Assembly: GCF_001447785.1 (NCBI RefSeq) | Contig: NW_015169794.1 | Span: 360,549-424,548 of the forward strand | Reading direction: 5' to 3' | From: Gekko japonicus | Lineage: Eukaryota | Length of the DNA: 64,000 bases | The notes under the pieces: model-generated | Databases searched by the model: none | What the model saw: only the letters and a program-made list of their open reading frames with translations | Told to the model about the DNA's origin: nothing | Translations under genes and position numbers: made by a program | In this document: positions 1 through 12,260 of the stretch, in pieces | Numbering within the stretch: position 1 is the stretch's first letter | Layout of the letters: each line of letters begins with the position of its first letter

Positions 1-1964
1 GTTATGACTTGAACGTATACGGCAATCTCACATGATGGACGGCCTGAGAATGTGAAAGAAACTTTTGGAAAGGTCTCCTGCTGAGAGAATGTTAAACAAA
101 CACATCGACCAAGACAACAATATCTCAAGGCTGCTACTGACAGGAGAAGAAGCCACAGATTGGCTAGAAGTTTTTGCCGGCTGTCTTCGTGCTTTTGACA
201 AGCTCCGGTCTTCTACTATCCTCCCAAGTAATGGGGAGTTAGAGAGGTAAGTGTTATGTCTCTCTTGGGAGGAGAAACTTGAGATAATCTGAAATGAAGA
301 AGAGATGGACTCTGGTGAATTAACGGTGATGAGTTGAAGGCACAGTGCACCTACAGATGAGTTTAACAGTTGGGCTCCTCAGGAGTGCAAGAGCCTTATT
401 TATGGCAATACAGCTGGAGGCTCGAAAACCTAGGGATTTAGAAGGCTTTAGTAATGGAAGTTTGCACTGACAAAAAGTTGGCCAGCGATTACCTTACAGG
501 TAATTCAGACTGTCATGGAACTGACTTATTGAACCAGAGCTGGTCAAAGTTATTAATTGGAAAGAAAAGACAAGGTGTGGTTAAAGAGCTTGGCAACCCT
601 AATTCGACTACCCGACCAGCCTCAGGACTTGCCACCCAGAAGCCATTTTGTGATCACTTAACAGCTCACAAGGCCCTTCATAGTTAAGTGCCCCACAATG
701 AGCCAATGAATCCCATTCAGCTTTCTTCAGCTCACTAGCCAGGGGAAAAAAAGCTATTAGCTTAACCTTAGAACTGAAATTAATATAGGATAAGGAGCAG
801 CGAGACGCTGGGGGAGTTATTATCTGTCTTCCAGATGCAGAGGGTGAGGAAAATATGGGAGGAACCATACATTTTGAAAAATTCATATTCCGATGGCCAC
901 GATCCAGGACCTGACTAATGAGTTTGAAATGCTGCAGACAGAAGTTAAACAGGCATCTAGTTCCGGATTCACAAGGGAGCCCTTGATCAAGGGCAGAAGA
1001 GGGCCAAAAGAAAGGGGAAGCTCTGGAAGCAAGAAAGGGGGAAAACAGATCTGTAACTGTTACAGGTATTAATGAAAGGAATGTGTCCTTCAGAGATTAG
1101 GAGATATCTGCTGCTTCTACATGGAGGGATTAATTTTTAAAAATATATATATTGTAAAAGTTTAGGGTGGAAGGTACGATTGATGTCAGAGTAAGTAAAT
1201 AAAATTCTAGGTGGCTGAAAACAAGACCAAATTTTATTGAAGGATCTACTGCATATTTTGATTGTACCTGAGAACACCTTCACACAGATGGGTGAGTGCC
1301 ATACCCAGACCATGCAAGGAGCAGAAGAGTTCAGCTGTGAAGATGGTGGATCATCAAAACAGATCCTCAGCTTCATAACGAGCTTCCTCAGAACGTAACT
1401 GTGCTATTTTCAATGAGCATTTTACTGTAGCTGATTCAAGAGAGTCCACAATCAGCAGTCTGCACTAGTTTGTTTGAGAAAGTGATACCTGACTTTATCA
1501 TAGATATAGAGGGGTGCTTAAGTAAAAGAGATTTGAAGGTTGGGGGGGGGCTGTCCTTGCTCTGTTTTCATCTGACCAAAGAAAAAGACGGTAAAGATAG
1601 TAAAAGACCAAAGAAAAAGATCATAAAGAAAAAGATTGTTTATTAAAGTAATGCACTGTAGGTGAGGGGTGAATTACAAAGACACTTTAGTCTTGTTATG
1701 TAGACTCTGGTAGCTTCTAAATGAGAGAAAACACTTGTAGATTGGGTTCCCAAGTTCCTGCCAGGGGAGGGGGATACCCCGCCACCTATTCTTATTTCCT
1801 GCTGCCACTCCTGCAGCCAGTAAGAGAAAGGTTATGTAAAGAAAAGAAGTGGATGACATGACATCACTTCTACAGAAAACTCAGAAGTGACATCAGTCTG
1901 CTCTAGGAATCACCAGAAACTGTATTGTTTTACCGTAGAGTTTCTGGTGATTTCTGAGGAAGCA

Positions 1965-2877
1965 GTATTTTCAGGAAGGGAGTCTGAAGAACTGAGTCAA
2001 ATTGAGGTGACAAGAGATGAAGTTCTAGACCTATTGGAGACTAGTAAGTCTCCAGGTCCTGGTAGCATACATCCCCAAATTCTTGGGGAACTCAAATGTG
2101 AGATTGTTGCTCTACTAACCTGTATATGTGACCCATCACTAAATTCAGCTGCTGTACCAGAAGACTAGAGAATAGTAAATGTTACACCATTTTTTAAAAA
2201 AGGGGGTTGGGAGGGGAACCGGGAAAATACAAGCCAGTTAGCCTAATGTCTGCCTCAGGTAAATTAGTAGAAATTGTAATCAACCATATAATTATTTGGC
2301 ACATAGAGGAACAAAGCCTGGGGAGGGAAAGTCAGCATGGCTTCTGCAAAGGGAAGTCCTGCTTCATCAGCCTTTTGGAGTTCTTTGAGAAAGCAAACAG
2401 CTTTTGAGACAATAGTAATCCACTAGGTAATATATACCTGGACTTTCAAAAAGGCTTTTGACAAGGTACCTGACTAAAGGTAAGAAGACGGGTTCTCTTC
2501 AAATTGGTTAAATGACAAGAAGCAAACAGTAGGAATAAATGGAGAGCTCTCACAATGGAGGGCAGTAAGCAGTAAGGTCCCACAAGGATTGGTATTGGGG
2601 CCAGTACTATTTAATTTGTTCATAAATGATTTGGAACTAGGGGTGAGTAGCATAGTGGCCAAGCTTACAGAGGACATAAAATTATTTTGGATGGTAAAAA
2701 CCAAGAATGACTATGAAGAGATTTAGGAGGATCTCCACAAATTGGATGAGTAGACAACAATGTGGCAAGTAAAGTTCAGTGTTGGTAAGTGTAAGGTGAT
2801 GCACATGGGGGGGGGGAAATCCCAGCTTCAGGTATAGGCTAATAGGGTCTGAACTTGCTGAGACTGAGAGGGAAAAA
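1965..2877 (+). mobile_element. Degenerate CR1 LINE RT fragment
   Basis: KSPGPGSIHPQILGEL, YKPVSL, QHGFCKGKSC, YLDFQKAFDKV and VPQGLVLGPVLFNLFINDL motifs, with stops and frameshifts. Confidence 0.92.
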
Positions 2878-3517
2878 TGATGACCGATCTCCAGCCTACA
2901 GAGATCAGTTCTCCTGGAGAAAACAGCAGCTTCAGAGGACAGACAGTTTGGATGATCATACATTCTAGGTGAAATCCCAGTTTCCCCTTCTACTGATACT
3001 GCCCCAAAGTCTCCAGGAATTTCCCAGTCTGGAGTTGGCAGCCCTACTTGAGACACCTAGACTGGGGTACATGTGAATGGGTAATTTGAAATTTTAGCAG
3101 AAAACATTTTTACCTAATAAAATTCTGGGGATATTCTGTAACAAGTACTTGTAAAATACTGTAAGAACAGGAAGGCAACAAAAATATTTGCAGTAAATGG
3201 CAAAATCAAAGAGGAGGTAGTACATTCAAGTCATAGAATTTCACTGTCTGCGTAACATATGCAGGTGTGCAATTTCTAATAAGCACTGCAGTGTTTCAGT
3301 GTTCTCTACAAGGCACAGTTAATGGGTCTGCAGAACAGAACATCTCAGTTTATACATCACATTTCCTTGTGGACTGTGTTGTACTGGCTATAAATGAAAT
3401 CATTCTGTTCTACAGAGTGATAAATGTTGTGTTCCTTGAGAGGTCTTTTGTAGACTTTGATAAGCCTGGGAGGCAAGGAACTCCCTCTTTCCCAATATGT
3501 GGCTCTAGCTGCAAAAG

Positions 3518-3684
3518 GGTATTGGATCCTGCCAGTCTGTTCCACTACTAGAGGCGCTTTCCTGTAGTGGAAGATTTCTGCTGATGCCTTTCCCTGAGGC
3601 CCATAGCCCCTTGCCATAGGGGAAGGCTTCTTCTACTGAAGGAAAGTTGCTCTGCTAGTGGAATAGATCTATGGGATCCAACCC
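3518..3684. mobile_element. Palindromic MITE (GGGTTGGATCC ends)
   Basis: ttggatcc...ggatccaa ends; internal ttccacta / tagtggaa inverted arms. Confidence 0.6.
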
Positions 3685-3756
3685 AACACTGTGAACATTT
3701 TTTCACACTGGGTCATTAATGGGTCCCATAATATTCATATCATATTCCCATGGTAG

Positions 3757-3995
3757 TCATGTATTATGCACCATCAAGTTCTTTCAGAATTATGATGACC
3801 CTATGAAATAATGACCTCCAAAAGGTCCTATCATTGGCAATCTTGCTCAAGTCTTGCAAATGGGGGGCTATAGCTTCTTTATCTAGTCAATCTTATCTCA
3901 TGTTGGGTCTTTCTTTTTTCTTTCTGCCTTCAACTTTTCCTAGATTTTGTGTTTTTTTCCAGTGAGTCTTACTGCTCTTTAATGTCTGGCAAAAT
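3757..3995 (-). mobile_element. RTE/BovB-like LINE 3' fragment
   Basis: The reverse complement resembles the RTE C-terminus (SLEKT..LGKVEGRKKKERPNMR..., SLQDLSK). Confidence 0.7.
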
Positions 3996-5280
3996 ATTCT
4001 CAGGAAACTCTGGGTTCTTGAATGAGATGTCCATCAGAGCTTGGAGAAGGTATAACTCCTCCAGCTGAAGGGAGATTTCTGTTGAAGAAATATCACGCAG
4101 CAATTTGAAAGAGTTAGCAAGAGACAGAGATTGCCGTGAGTGGGATTGGCATAATGCATCTTGTGACGCAGGGTCTCTTTCTCTGGGATCTGATGTGGAG
4201 TAGTGGATGCGCTGCATATAAATGCACCCATGTCTCCACTTGTGCTTTATTTGTATATTTGTAAATTAAGCACTATAAACGTACACCCCACCCAGCAAAC
4301 CTTCAAAGGAAAGCAAACCTGGTACTTCTGGAAATTCTTACTGCTCAGAGAAGTAGTGATACATAAAGATGGGTTCTGCTTCATTAACTGTGCTGCTTTC
4401 CTCCAGTCCAAGGAGCCTCCTGTTGATGCAAGAGGCTCTTCTGCCAGCAGAATGGGTCCGCCCATGTATGATATATAGTAATGGATCCTTCAACTAGAGT
4501 GTAATGTAGTCTTGGCTCTGGAAAATTATCTGTCAACAGGGGGGGAAAGTGTATCCCTCTGGCCTTGCCATTTGAACCAGTGTTGTGATGGGAACTCTAC
4601 CTTTCCTGGAAGACAAACTCAGACCACCGACCATAGTGTGCGAGGGATATTTTACCATCACATCATCGGAATACATTCTACTCCTTTTGTCTGAGGCTGG
4701 CTTCCAACCAGAATGATGTGAGCAGAAAGCCACCCAACCTTTTTTATTAACCACCCCATTACTTTTCCTTCCTTAATGGATCATAATGTGGTCTGGGCTT
4801 CTTCTTTTGCCAGTGCAGCACTTCCTTTGTGCACAGCTGGCGGGTCAAGATCGCACCTGTCTGCACCATTTTGCAACTGACAGCCGCTTAATTCACAGCC
4901 TCTTGGTCTTCATTCAGCAGGGCTTGCGGTGGATTTTCCAGACAATGGTTTAAAAAGTGATACTCCAAATCATCTTTAGCATATGACTGTCATGCATCAT
5001 TTCTTTTAAAATATGTGAACTGGAAGTCCCATCCACAGCACATCCACCTTGGCTGCCTGACAAATGGAATTTAAATTACAGCAGCACTTCAGGAGCATTT
5101 TGGAATCCCAGCTATATTAAATGCACCTGGTGTCATGTGGTGGGGATGGAGGTTGCTAAGAATTCAACAACAGCTCGATCCTCAAAGCACTTGTGCCAGA
5201 CCTTTTAAAGGGAGCCTGGTATACAGCAAGGAAGCCCAAATGGCACCACTGGAAGCAATGGAGACCTGACCTACAGCTTT

Positions 5281-5786
5281 GTTCCTCTTCATCACTGTGA
5301 TGTCACAACTGTTTGTTGTCCTGGACAGTGGGTTGTTCCACTTTCCTCCGGAGCTGGGCTGTTGTTACTGGATTATCCATTTCTCAGCCAATGGCCCATC
5401 ATGGATGCTTCTTCCCTACCACTTTTCCAAATCAGCACTCTCCTGTCCAGAATGACTATGAATGCATGAGAGAGAAGATGACCATGCCTTTCCTGGACAG
5501 CACTTTCTATCGCTCTTCCATTGCCATTGTTGTTCCTCTTCATCACTGTGATGTCACAACTGTTTGTTGTCCTGGACAGTGGGTTGTTCCACTTTGCTCC
5601 GGAGCCCCAGGGCTGTTGTTACTGGATTCTCCATTTCTCAGCCAATGGCCCATCATGGATGCTTCTTCCCTACCACTTTTCCAAATCAGCACTCTCCTGT
5701 CCAGAATGACTATGAATGCATGAGAGAGAAGATGACCATGCCTTTCCTGGACAGCACTTTCTATCGCTCTTCCATTGCCATTGTTG
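5281..5786. repeat. Head-to-tail tandem duplication, unit about 251 bp
   Basis: Copies start at 5281 and 5532 and differ by a few substitutions and a 3-bp indel. Confidence 0.95.
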
Positions 5787-5856
5787 CGGCAGGTGCCATC
5801 TTGAAAACGGCATTGGATATTGCTTCTAGAAGCTCAATATAAAGTTGTTCAAATAA

Positions 5857-6534
5857 ATTAAGGTAGTTAAATAACATGAAAATCTGCTACCTATTGCTAA
5901 CTGCTGCCTAGGTGAGCTTGTTTTGCCTTACCTGGAGTATACTGTATTTCATTTCATTTCATTTCATTTGTCACTTGAATATACTGAAATTTAAAAAAAA
6001 TCCTAAAGGAACTCCCATCAGTTTCAGTGTTTAATACTTATGAAAGCCTAGAATACAATGCCTTCCAAACTGATTTATACTAGAACCCACCAGTAACCCT
6101 GTAAATTCTGCACTGATTTCACTCTGGGCCCAACGTGGGTCTGCACAGACTCTGTTGCTTTCCCAAAAGGTTTTGCATTGTTCTCCTGCTCTGTCTTCAT
6201 TTCCATCCCTCATAAAATGTACACTAATTCTTAAATCCAAAGTTGGCAATCCTAAATCTGGGTAGTTAAGGTATTAAGGTAGTTAAATAACATGAAAATC
6301 TGCTACCTATTGCTAACTGCTGCCTAGGTGAGCTTGTTTTGCCTTACCTGGAGTATACTGTATTTCATTTCATTTCATTTCATTTCATGTACTCCTTTCC
6401 CCCCCCAAAGTACCTTTTTGTCAATCAGTTTCAGTGTTTAATACTTAAGAAAGCCTAGAATACAATTCCTTCCAAACTAGCTCTATGTATAACATCTGAT
6501 TTATACTAGAACCCACCTGTAACCCTGTAAATTC
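5857..6534. repeat. Imperfect direct duplication (5857-6108 vs 6273-6534)
   Basis: The first ~110 bp are identical, including (TTTCA)n. The middles differ and there is an ~18-bp indel. Confidence 0.9.
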
Positions 6535-6888
6535 GAATGAATGATGAAAGAAAGGACGGGGTTGAGCTCTCCTCATGCTCCTGCTCCATTTTATTATTTA
6601 TTTATGTATTTAGATTTGTTAGGCCACCCTTCCCTGCAAGCAGGGCTCAGGGTGGTTTACAACAGAGCAAGTACAATAAATAATTCAAGTTAAAAACAAC
6701 CTTAAAATACCTGTAACATATCAGAAAATAAAACAATGCACTTTCCAAGATGGCAGAAGAGAAATGTTAATTTCCATAGGTCACCTAGGAAGGTTGTGGG
6801 GGGTGAGAGTGCCAGATATTATACAGTCCCATTGCTGTCCTCAACCAAATGCCTGACAGAACATCTCTGCCTTGCATACCCTGTAGAA

Positions 6889-7152
6889 AGGGGTTTATAT
6901 TACACCCTTCACAACCCAAAGGAGTCTCAGAGCAGCTTAGAATTTCCTTTCCCTTCCCCTCCCCACAACAGACACCCTGTGAGTTAAGTGGGGCTGAGAA
7001 AGCTCTTTTGACAACTGCTGGTGAGAAAACAGCTCTCAAAGAACTTGTAACTGACCCATGGTCACACCAGCAGCTGCATGTGGAGGAGTGGGGAATCAAA
7101 CCCAGTTCTCCCAGATTACAGTTCACACTCCTAACCAATACACTGAGCTGGC
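6889..7152 (-). mobile_element. tRNA-headed SINE, long form (Squam3-like)
   Basis: Pol III A/B-box head on the minus strand; body shared with the copies at 11218, 21372, 27085 and 48993. Confidence 0.85.
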
Positions 7153-8404
7153 CTAACCACTACACCAGGTGGGGGCCGGGGCCAAAAAAGCCCTAGCCCT
7201 AGTTGAGTACAGCCGGATCTCTCTCGGGCCGGGGACAACCAGAAAGTTCTTATTCCTGGACCATAATGCTCTTCCAGGGGAATTAATTAAAATAAATTAA
7301 ACAAGACTTTCTTGCTCCTTTTTGGTCCTTAAATGGAAGAACATGTTAATAAATACACATTGATGATGTCTAGTTTGGCCCTACGCCAAACCATTGATCT
7401 ATCTAGCCCGACACTGTCTTCTATTACGGAGGCTGGCCCTTCATAGCCAGGCTCTCTTTCCCACCTCCTACCTGAGAACTTTTAAGGCGGGATGGCAGAA
7501 ATTACACTGGGGACCTTCTGCATGCAAAGCACATGTTCTGTCGCTGATCTGTGGCCATCCAACCTGGCAGTGTTTGTGTTGTCCTTTCCTGTGCTTGTAA
7601 ATAATAGGTGAGAGGAAGAAGGCGCTAGTACTGATTCTCCTCCCTCCCCAACTAGTGTACGACTCTGTTCCACTGTTGCAGCAGTTGGTGGGATCTCTAG
7701 ATTGGAGGTCCCATCTTGTAGGGAGGTCTCATGTTGCATTGATGTAGCAATGGTATAGTGGAACAGCTAAGAGACTCCCCATTTTGAAACTCTCCTCCAC
7801 CATGAACTCATTAGGTGGCCTTCTGCAAACCGCTCTCCCCCCCCCCAACCTCCAGCTTCCCCCATCTGCCATATGGGGATAATAATACTGACCTTACAGC
7901 CTAAGGATTCCAAGATAAAGTATGTGAGTGATTTATAGGAGAGATCTGAACACAGAAGCCTGCACTGATCGCTTCTCCCTGGAACGCTGCCAGTGTGTTT
8001 AGGCCAAAGAACATTAGAAGTTTAGGCCAAACTGTCTGCACTCAGTAATGCACGAGAGCATCAACTGAACAGCGTTCTCTCTGCTGAGTTTGTTTCAATG
8101 GATTTGAAGCAGCACTTGTTGGTTTCTTGCTTGTGTCGCAATCCTGCTGTTGCTGGGAGAATCTCACAGAACAACACCCCTGAAACCTGAATTCAAGCCT
8201 AAGAAATGTGGCTTCGATTTGGACCGTTGTTTGGAAGCCTCTTTCTTGCATGGCTTCCCTGCCATGTAGCATTAGGATGATGACATTTGAATTTTCCAAC
8301 CCAGGATCTTAGTAAACACAAGATTAGTAAAATGTGAACTACGATTCCAGAATGCTGCAAATAATGGATTTGTTAAAATAAAAGAGAGAGTGACATTTAA
8401 ACTA

Positions 8405-9205
8405 CATAAGAACATAAGAACATAAGAGAAGCCAATGTTGGATCAGGCCAATGGCCCATCCAGTCCAACACTCTGTCAACACAGTGGCCAAAAATACCAG
8501 GTGCCATCAGGAGGTCCAGCAGTGGAGCCAGGACACTAGAAGCCCTCCCACTGTGGCCCACCAAGCACCAAGGATACAGAGCATCATTTGCCCCAGCCTG
8601 AGAGTTCCTATCTTAATAGTCACTGATGGACTTCTGCTCCATATGCTTATCTAATTCCCTCTTGAAGCTGTCCATGCTTGTAGCTTACTTCCTTTTATCT
8701 GTTCTAACCCGACTGCTCAGCAATTTCATGGAGTGCCCATGAGTTCTTGTATTGTGAGAAAGGGAGAAAAGTACTTCTTTCTCAACCGGCTCTATCCCAT
8801 GCATAATCTTATAAAACCCGATCATGTCACCCCTCAGTCATCGTTTCTCCAAGCTAAAGAGCTCCAAGTACTGTAACCTTTCTCCATAGGGAAAGTGTTC
8901 CAACCCTTTTATCATTCTAGTTGCCCTTTTCTGCACTTTTCCCAATGTTATAATATCCTGTTTGAGGTATGGTGACTAGAACTGTACACAGTACTCCAAA
9001 TGAGGTCGCACCATAGATTTATACAGGGGCATTATGATACTGGCTGATTTGTTTTCAATTCCTAATAATCCCCAGCATAGTGTTGGCCTTTTTAATTGCA
9101 GTTGCACACTGTCTCGACATTTTCATTGAGTTATCTACTACGACTCCAAGATCTCTCTCTCTTGGTCAGTCTCTGCCAGTTTGGACCCCATCAATGTGTA
9201 TTGAT
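8405..9205 (-). mobile_element. CR1 3' fragment
   Basis: (CATAAGAA)n tail, CR1 3' UTR and reverse-complement RT C-terminus. Confidence 0.9.
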
Positions 9206-9809
9206 GGAAGATGACTGAGAAGAACAAAAATGATCCCGGGACAACATTTTCTTTTCTTTTTTTATATAGAAGAGATATAGAATCTCAAGTCACATCCATT
9301 TCCCTCTGCTCAAGGGCTGCTTGAAAATCCCTTGCTACTGTAGTGTGGATGGTTGCTGGAGCCTTGAGAAACCTGGAGGAGTGCTAGAGCGGGTGAGCTG
9401 GAAAGCCGGTGGAACCCTTGCATGCACACTTACCACTTCTTCCAGTCCTATCCACCTTGTACAGTGAGGCCAATTCATCTTCTTTTCCCAGCATGTGCAT
9501 CTGACTCCTAAGAGTCATCTTCAGGCTAAATATTTTTACCTTCGTGTCCGGCTGGAAATACTATGAAGAGACAGCATTCCCTGCACTGTTTTGGCACTCC
9601 TACAAACTTGGCTCAAACAGGAAAGTCCAGAGGTGCAGTGAAATGAAAAACAATGTAGCAAAGAATATATCATAACTGTCAGTGTGATGCACACAGTGGC
9701 CAGACAATAACTCCATAGAAGCAGCAGAGTCATGATTCCCTTGCTCTTTTTTTTTTTTTAAACCCTATCTTATAATAGAAAACACTGACAATTTATGCAT
9801 ATATATATG

Positions 9810-10100
9810 AATGCAAGAGCCTGGCTGGGTCATATCAAAAAGTCCATTTATTCTAGCACTCTGTTGCCCACAAAAGCCAATTGGATACCTCCTGGAATGT
9901 CTACAAGTACAGCATGAAGGCCAAAGCCTCCCTCCGTTGTTGCCCAGCACCTGCGACTCAGAGGAGTCCTTCCTCTGAAAGTGGAGGCTCCTTTCAGCCA
10001 TTAGAACCAGTAACCATTGATGGACCTATCTTCCATGAATTTGTCAAACCATCTTTGAGCATTATGTAAGCTATTGCCCATGATCCCATCTTTTAGTAGC
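9810..10100 (-). mobile_element. Old CR1 3' fragment
   Basis: The reverse complement encodes DKFMEDRSINGY followed by a CR1-like 3' UTR. Confidence 0.75.
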
Positions 10101-10499
10101 AAATTCTGAACACTAATTCTTAAGTTTGCCAACTTCCAGGGGGTGGCTGGAGATCTCCTGGGATTCCAACTGAATTTCAGGCGACCTAGAAAAAATGGCC
10201 ATTTTGGAAGTCCCTCCCCACCCCCCTTGGGCTCCACCCCTCAAATCTCCAGGTATTTCCCAGCCTGGAGGTGGCAACACTACTAATTCTGCACTGGGTG
10301 GAATTCTGCCTTCTTCCTTAAGCCTCTGGTGGTATTTTTTTTTAGGGGGGAGGGGTTATTGTTGTTTTTAAGTCAGAAAGATGAGGCACAACTAATTTAA
10401 AGAAATAAATGAATTAATGAATTTGAGATGCCCTTTATCTAATGTCAATCGATTTGTATTGAATATCTGTATTAACTGTGACAAAGAAAAATAATTCAC

Positions 10500-10740
10500 T
10501 TTTATTTATTTTACTTATTTGTATCAATTGTATCCTGCCCCTCTCCCGGGGGGGGGCAAAGCAGCTGACATCATTCTCCTCTCCTCCGTTTTACCTTTAC
10601 AACAACCCTATGAGGTAGGTTAGGCTGAGAGTGTCTAACTGGCTCAAGGCCACCCAGCAAGCTTCCATGGCAGAGTGGGGATTCGAACCGGGATTTCCCA
10701 TATCCTGGTCTGACACTTAAGCCACTGCACCATGCCGGCT
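10500..10740 (-). mobile_element. tRNA-headed SINE, short form (relatives at about 7740, 13415, 35425, 42250, 44465, 46120, 49960-50390, 62353-62925)
   Basis: B box ggttcgaatccc, ccatggaagcttgctgggtg core, cctaacctacctca-gggttgttg motif and (TAAA)n tail. Confidence 0.8.
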
Positions 10741-11217
10741 CATGCTTTTTCCTCCCCATGTGTAATTTTAGATACCTATGCTGTATCTTGTTATTTTTGT
10801 TATTTCCCCCCTAAACTAAAAAGCCTCCAAGGCTTTAGTCTTTCTTGCCTATCAGATTTTCTATACAAACTGACAAAGCAGGGCAAAATACAGATTTTGA
10901 ATAATTAAAATAAACTAATGTGCATACGTAGAGCTTGCTTGCATATGGCTACCTCTGCACAAACAGGACCCCTTGCTTTCTTCAGGTTTCCTAATTGTGT
11001 GGCAAGAGTCCTGCCTGCACACATATGTACATGTGTAGCTTCTATGTGCATGTTTGAATGAATGCATGCAGACCAGGGGTGGAGCTTGCTGCCACTATCT
11101 TACTCCCTCCCTTACATGCATTGATTCTACCCACACTAGCCCTGTATGAGACACATGTTGACTGAATGCATGGGAAGGGAGAGGGGGCACAAGTGTACTG
11201 CCTCCATGCGATCATTG

Positions 11218-11490
11218 AAGAAGAAGAGATTGGATTTATACCCCACCCTTCACTACCTGAAGGAGTCTCAGAGTGGCTTACAATCTTCTTTCCCTTCCCC
11301 TCCACACAACAGACACCCTGTGAGGTAGGTGGGGCTGAGAGAGCTCTTTCGAGAACTGCTCATGAGAGAACAGCTCTGAAAGAACTTGTAACTAAACCAA
11401 GGTCACACAAAGCAGCTGCATGTGGAGGAGTGGGGGAATCAAACCCGGTTCTCCCAGATTAGAGTCTACACTCCTAACCACTGGCTCTCA
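11218..11490 (-). mobile_element. tRNA-headed SINE, long form
   Basis: Same family; (CTT)n tail seen as gaagaagaag on the plus strand. Confidence 0.87.
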
Positions 11491-11762
11491 ACTGAGTGGT
11501 CTGCATGGGGCAAACACACAGAGGAAGTACCTGTACACTCTTCCCATGATCAGCAACTCTGCTATCTGAATGCTGCTGATCATAGGAATGAAATGTCTGT
11601 GCAGATACTCTGCACAGGCATACTGTACACAAGACCCAGAGATTGTGAGGTGGTGGAGTGGTGGGGCCAGCACTGTGCTGTCTCTCCTTGCACATTCAGT
11701 GAATGCACAGGGAAGTCGTCTGTATGAGGCTACTCAAAAAAGCTAATTGGTGTGCAGCACAG

Positions 11763-11769
11763 TTTATTT

Positions 11770-11800
<31 letters not shown>

Positions 11801-12260
11801 TTCATTCATTCATTCATTCATTCATTCTTTGGATTTGTATCCCGCCCTCCCCGAAGGCTCAGGGCGGCTAACATGCGGCAAATGCCAGATTATAACAATA
11901 AAACAATATAAATACAATAAATATAGAATACTACAGCTGATTAAAATTAATAAAAAATAAAATGTCGGTGCTCCAATACTCACTCCGAATCCTAAAACCA
12001 AAGTGGTGTTCTAAAGGTGTTACAGCTGAACCACAACAGCAATATATGTCCCCACAACCCTGTCATCCACTAGGGATGTCCTGCACCCCCGATGATACCC
12101 ACACCAGTGGTGGTAGAGTGCGGTGATGAAAAGGCATTCATGGAATAATGGTGGCGGCAGCTCCTACTCGAAAGCCTGGCAGAAGAGCTCAGTTTTACAG
12201 GCCCTGCGGAACTGTACAAGGTCCCGCAGGGCCTGGATCTTTTCTGGGAGCTCACTCCTT
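11763..12260 (-). mobile_element. 5'-truncated L2 3' end (same family as the intron 2 copy)
   Basis: Shares atcccgccct-cccgaaggctcaggg and ggtggcggcagctcctactc...caggccctgcg with 30740-31130; has a (TTTA)n(TTCA)n tail. Confidence 0.85.

Noticed and set aside
65-252. Possible host exon ending in AG|GTAAGT
   Set aside because: No recognisable protein similarity, no convincing acceptor and no partner exons.
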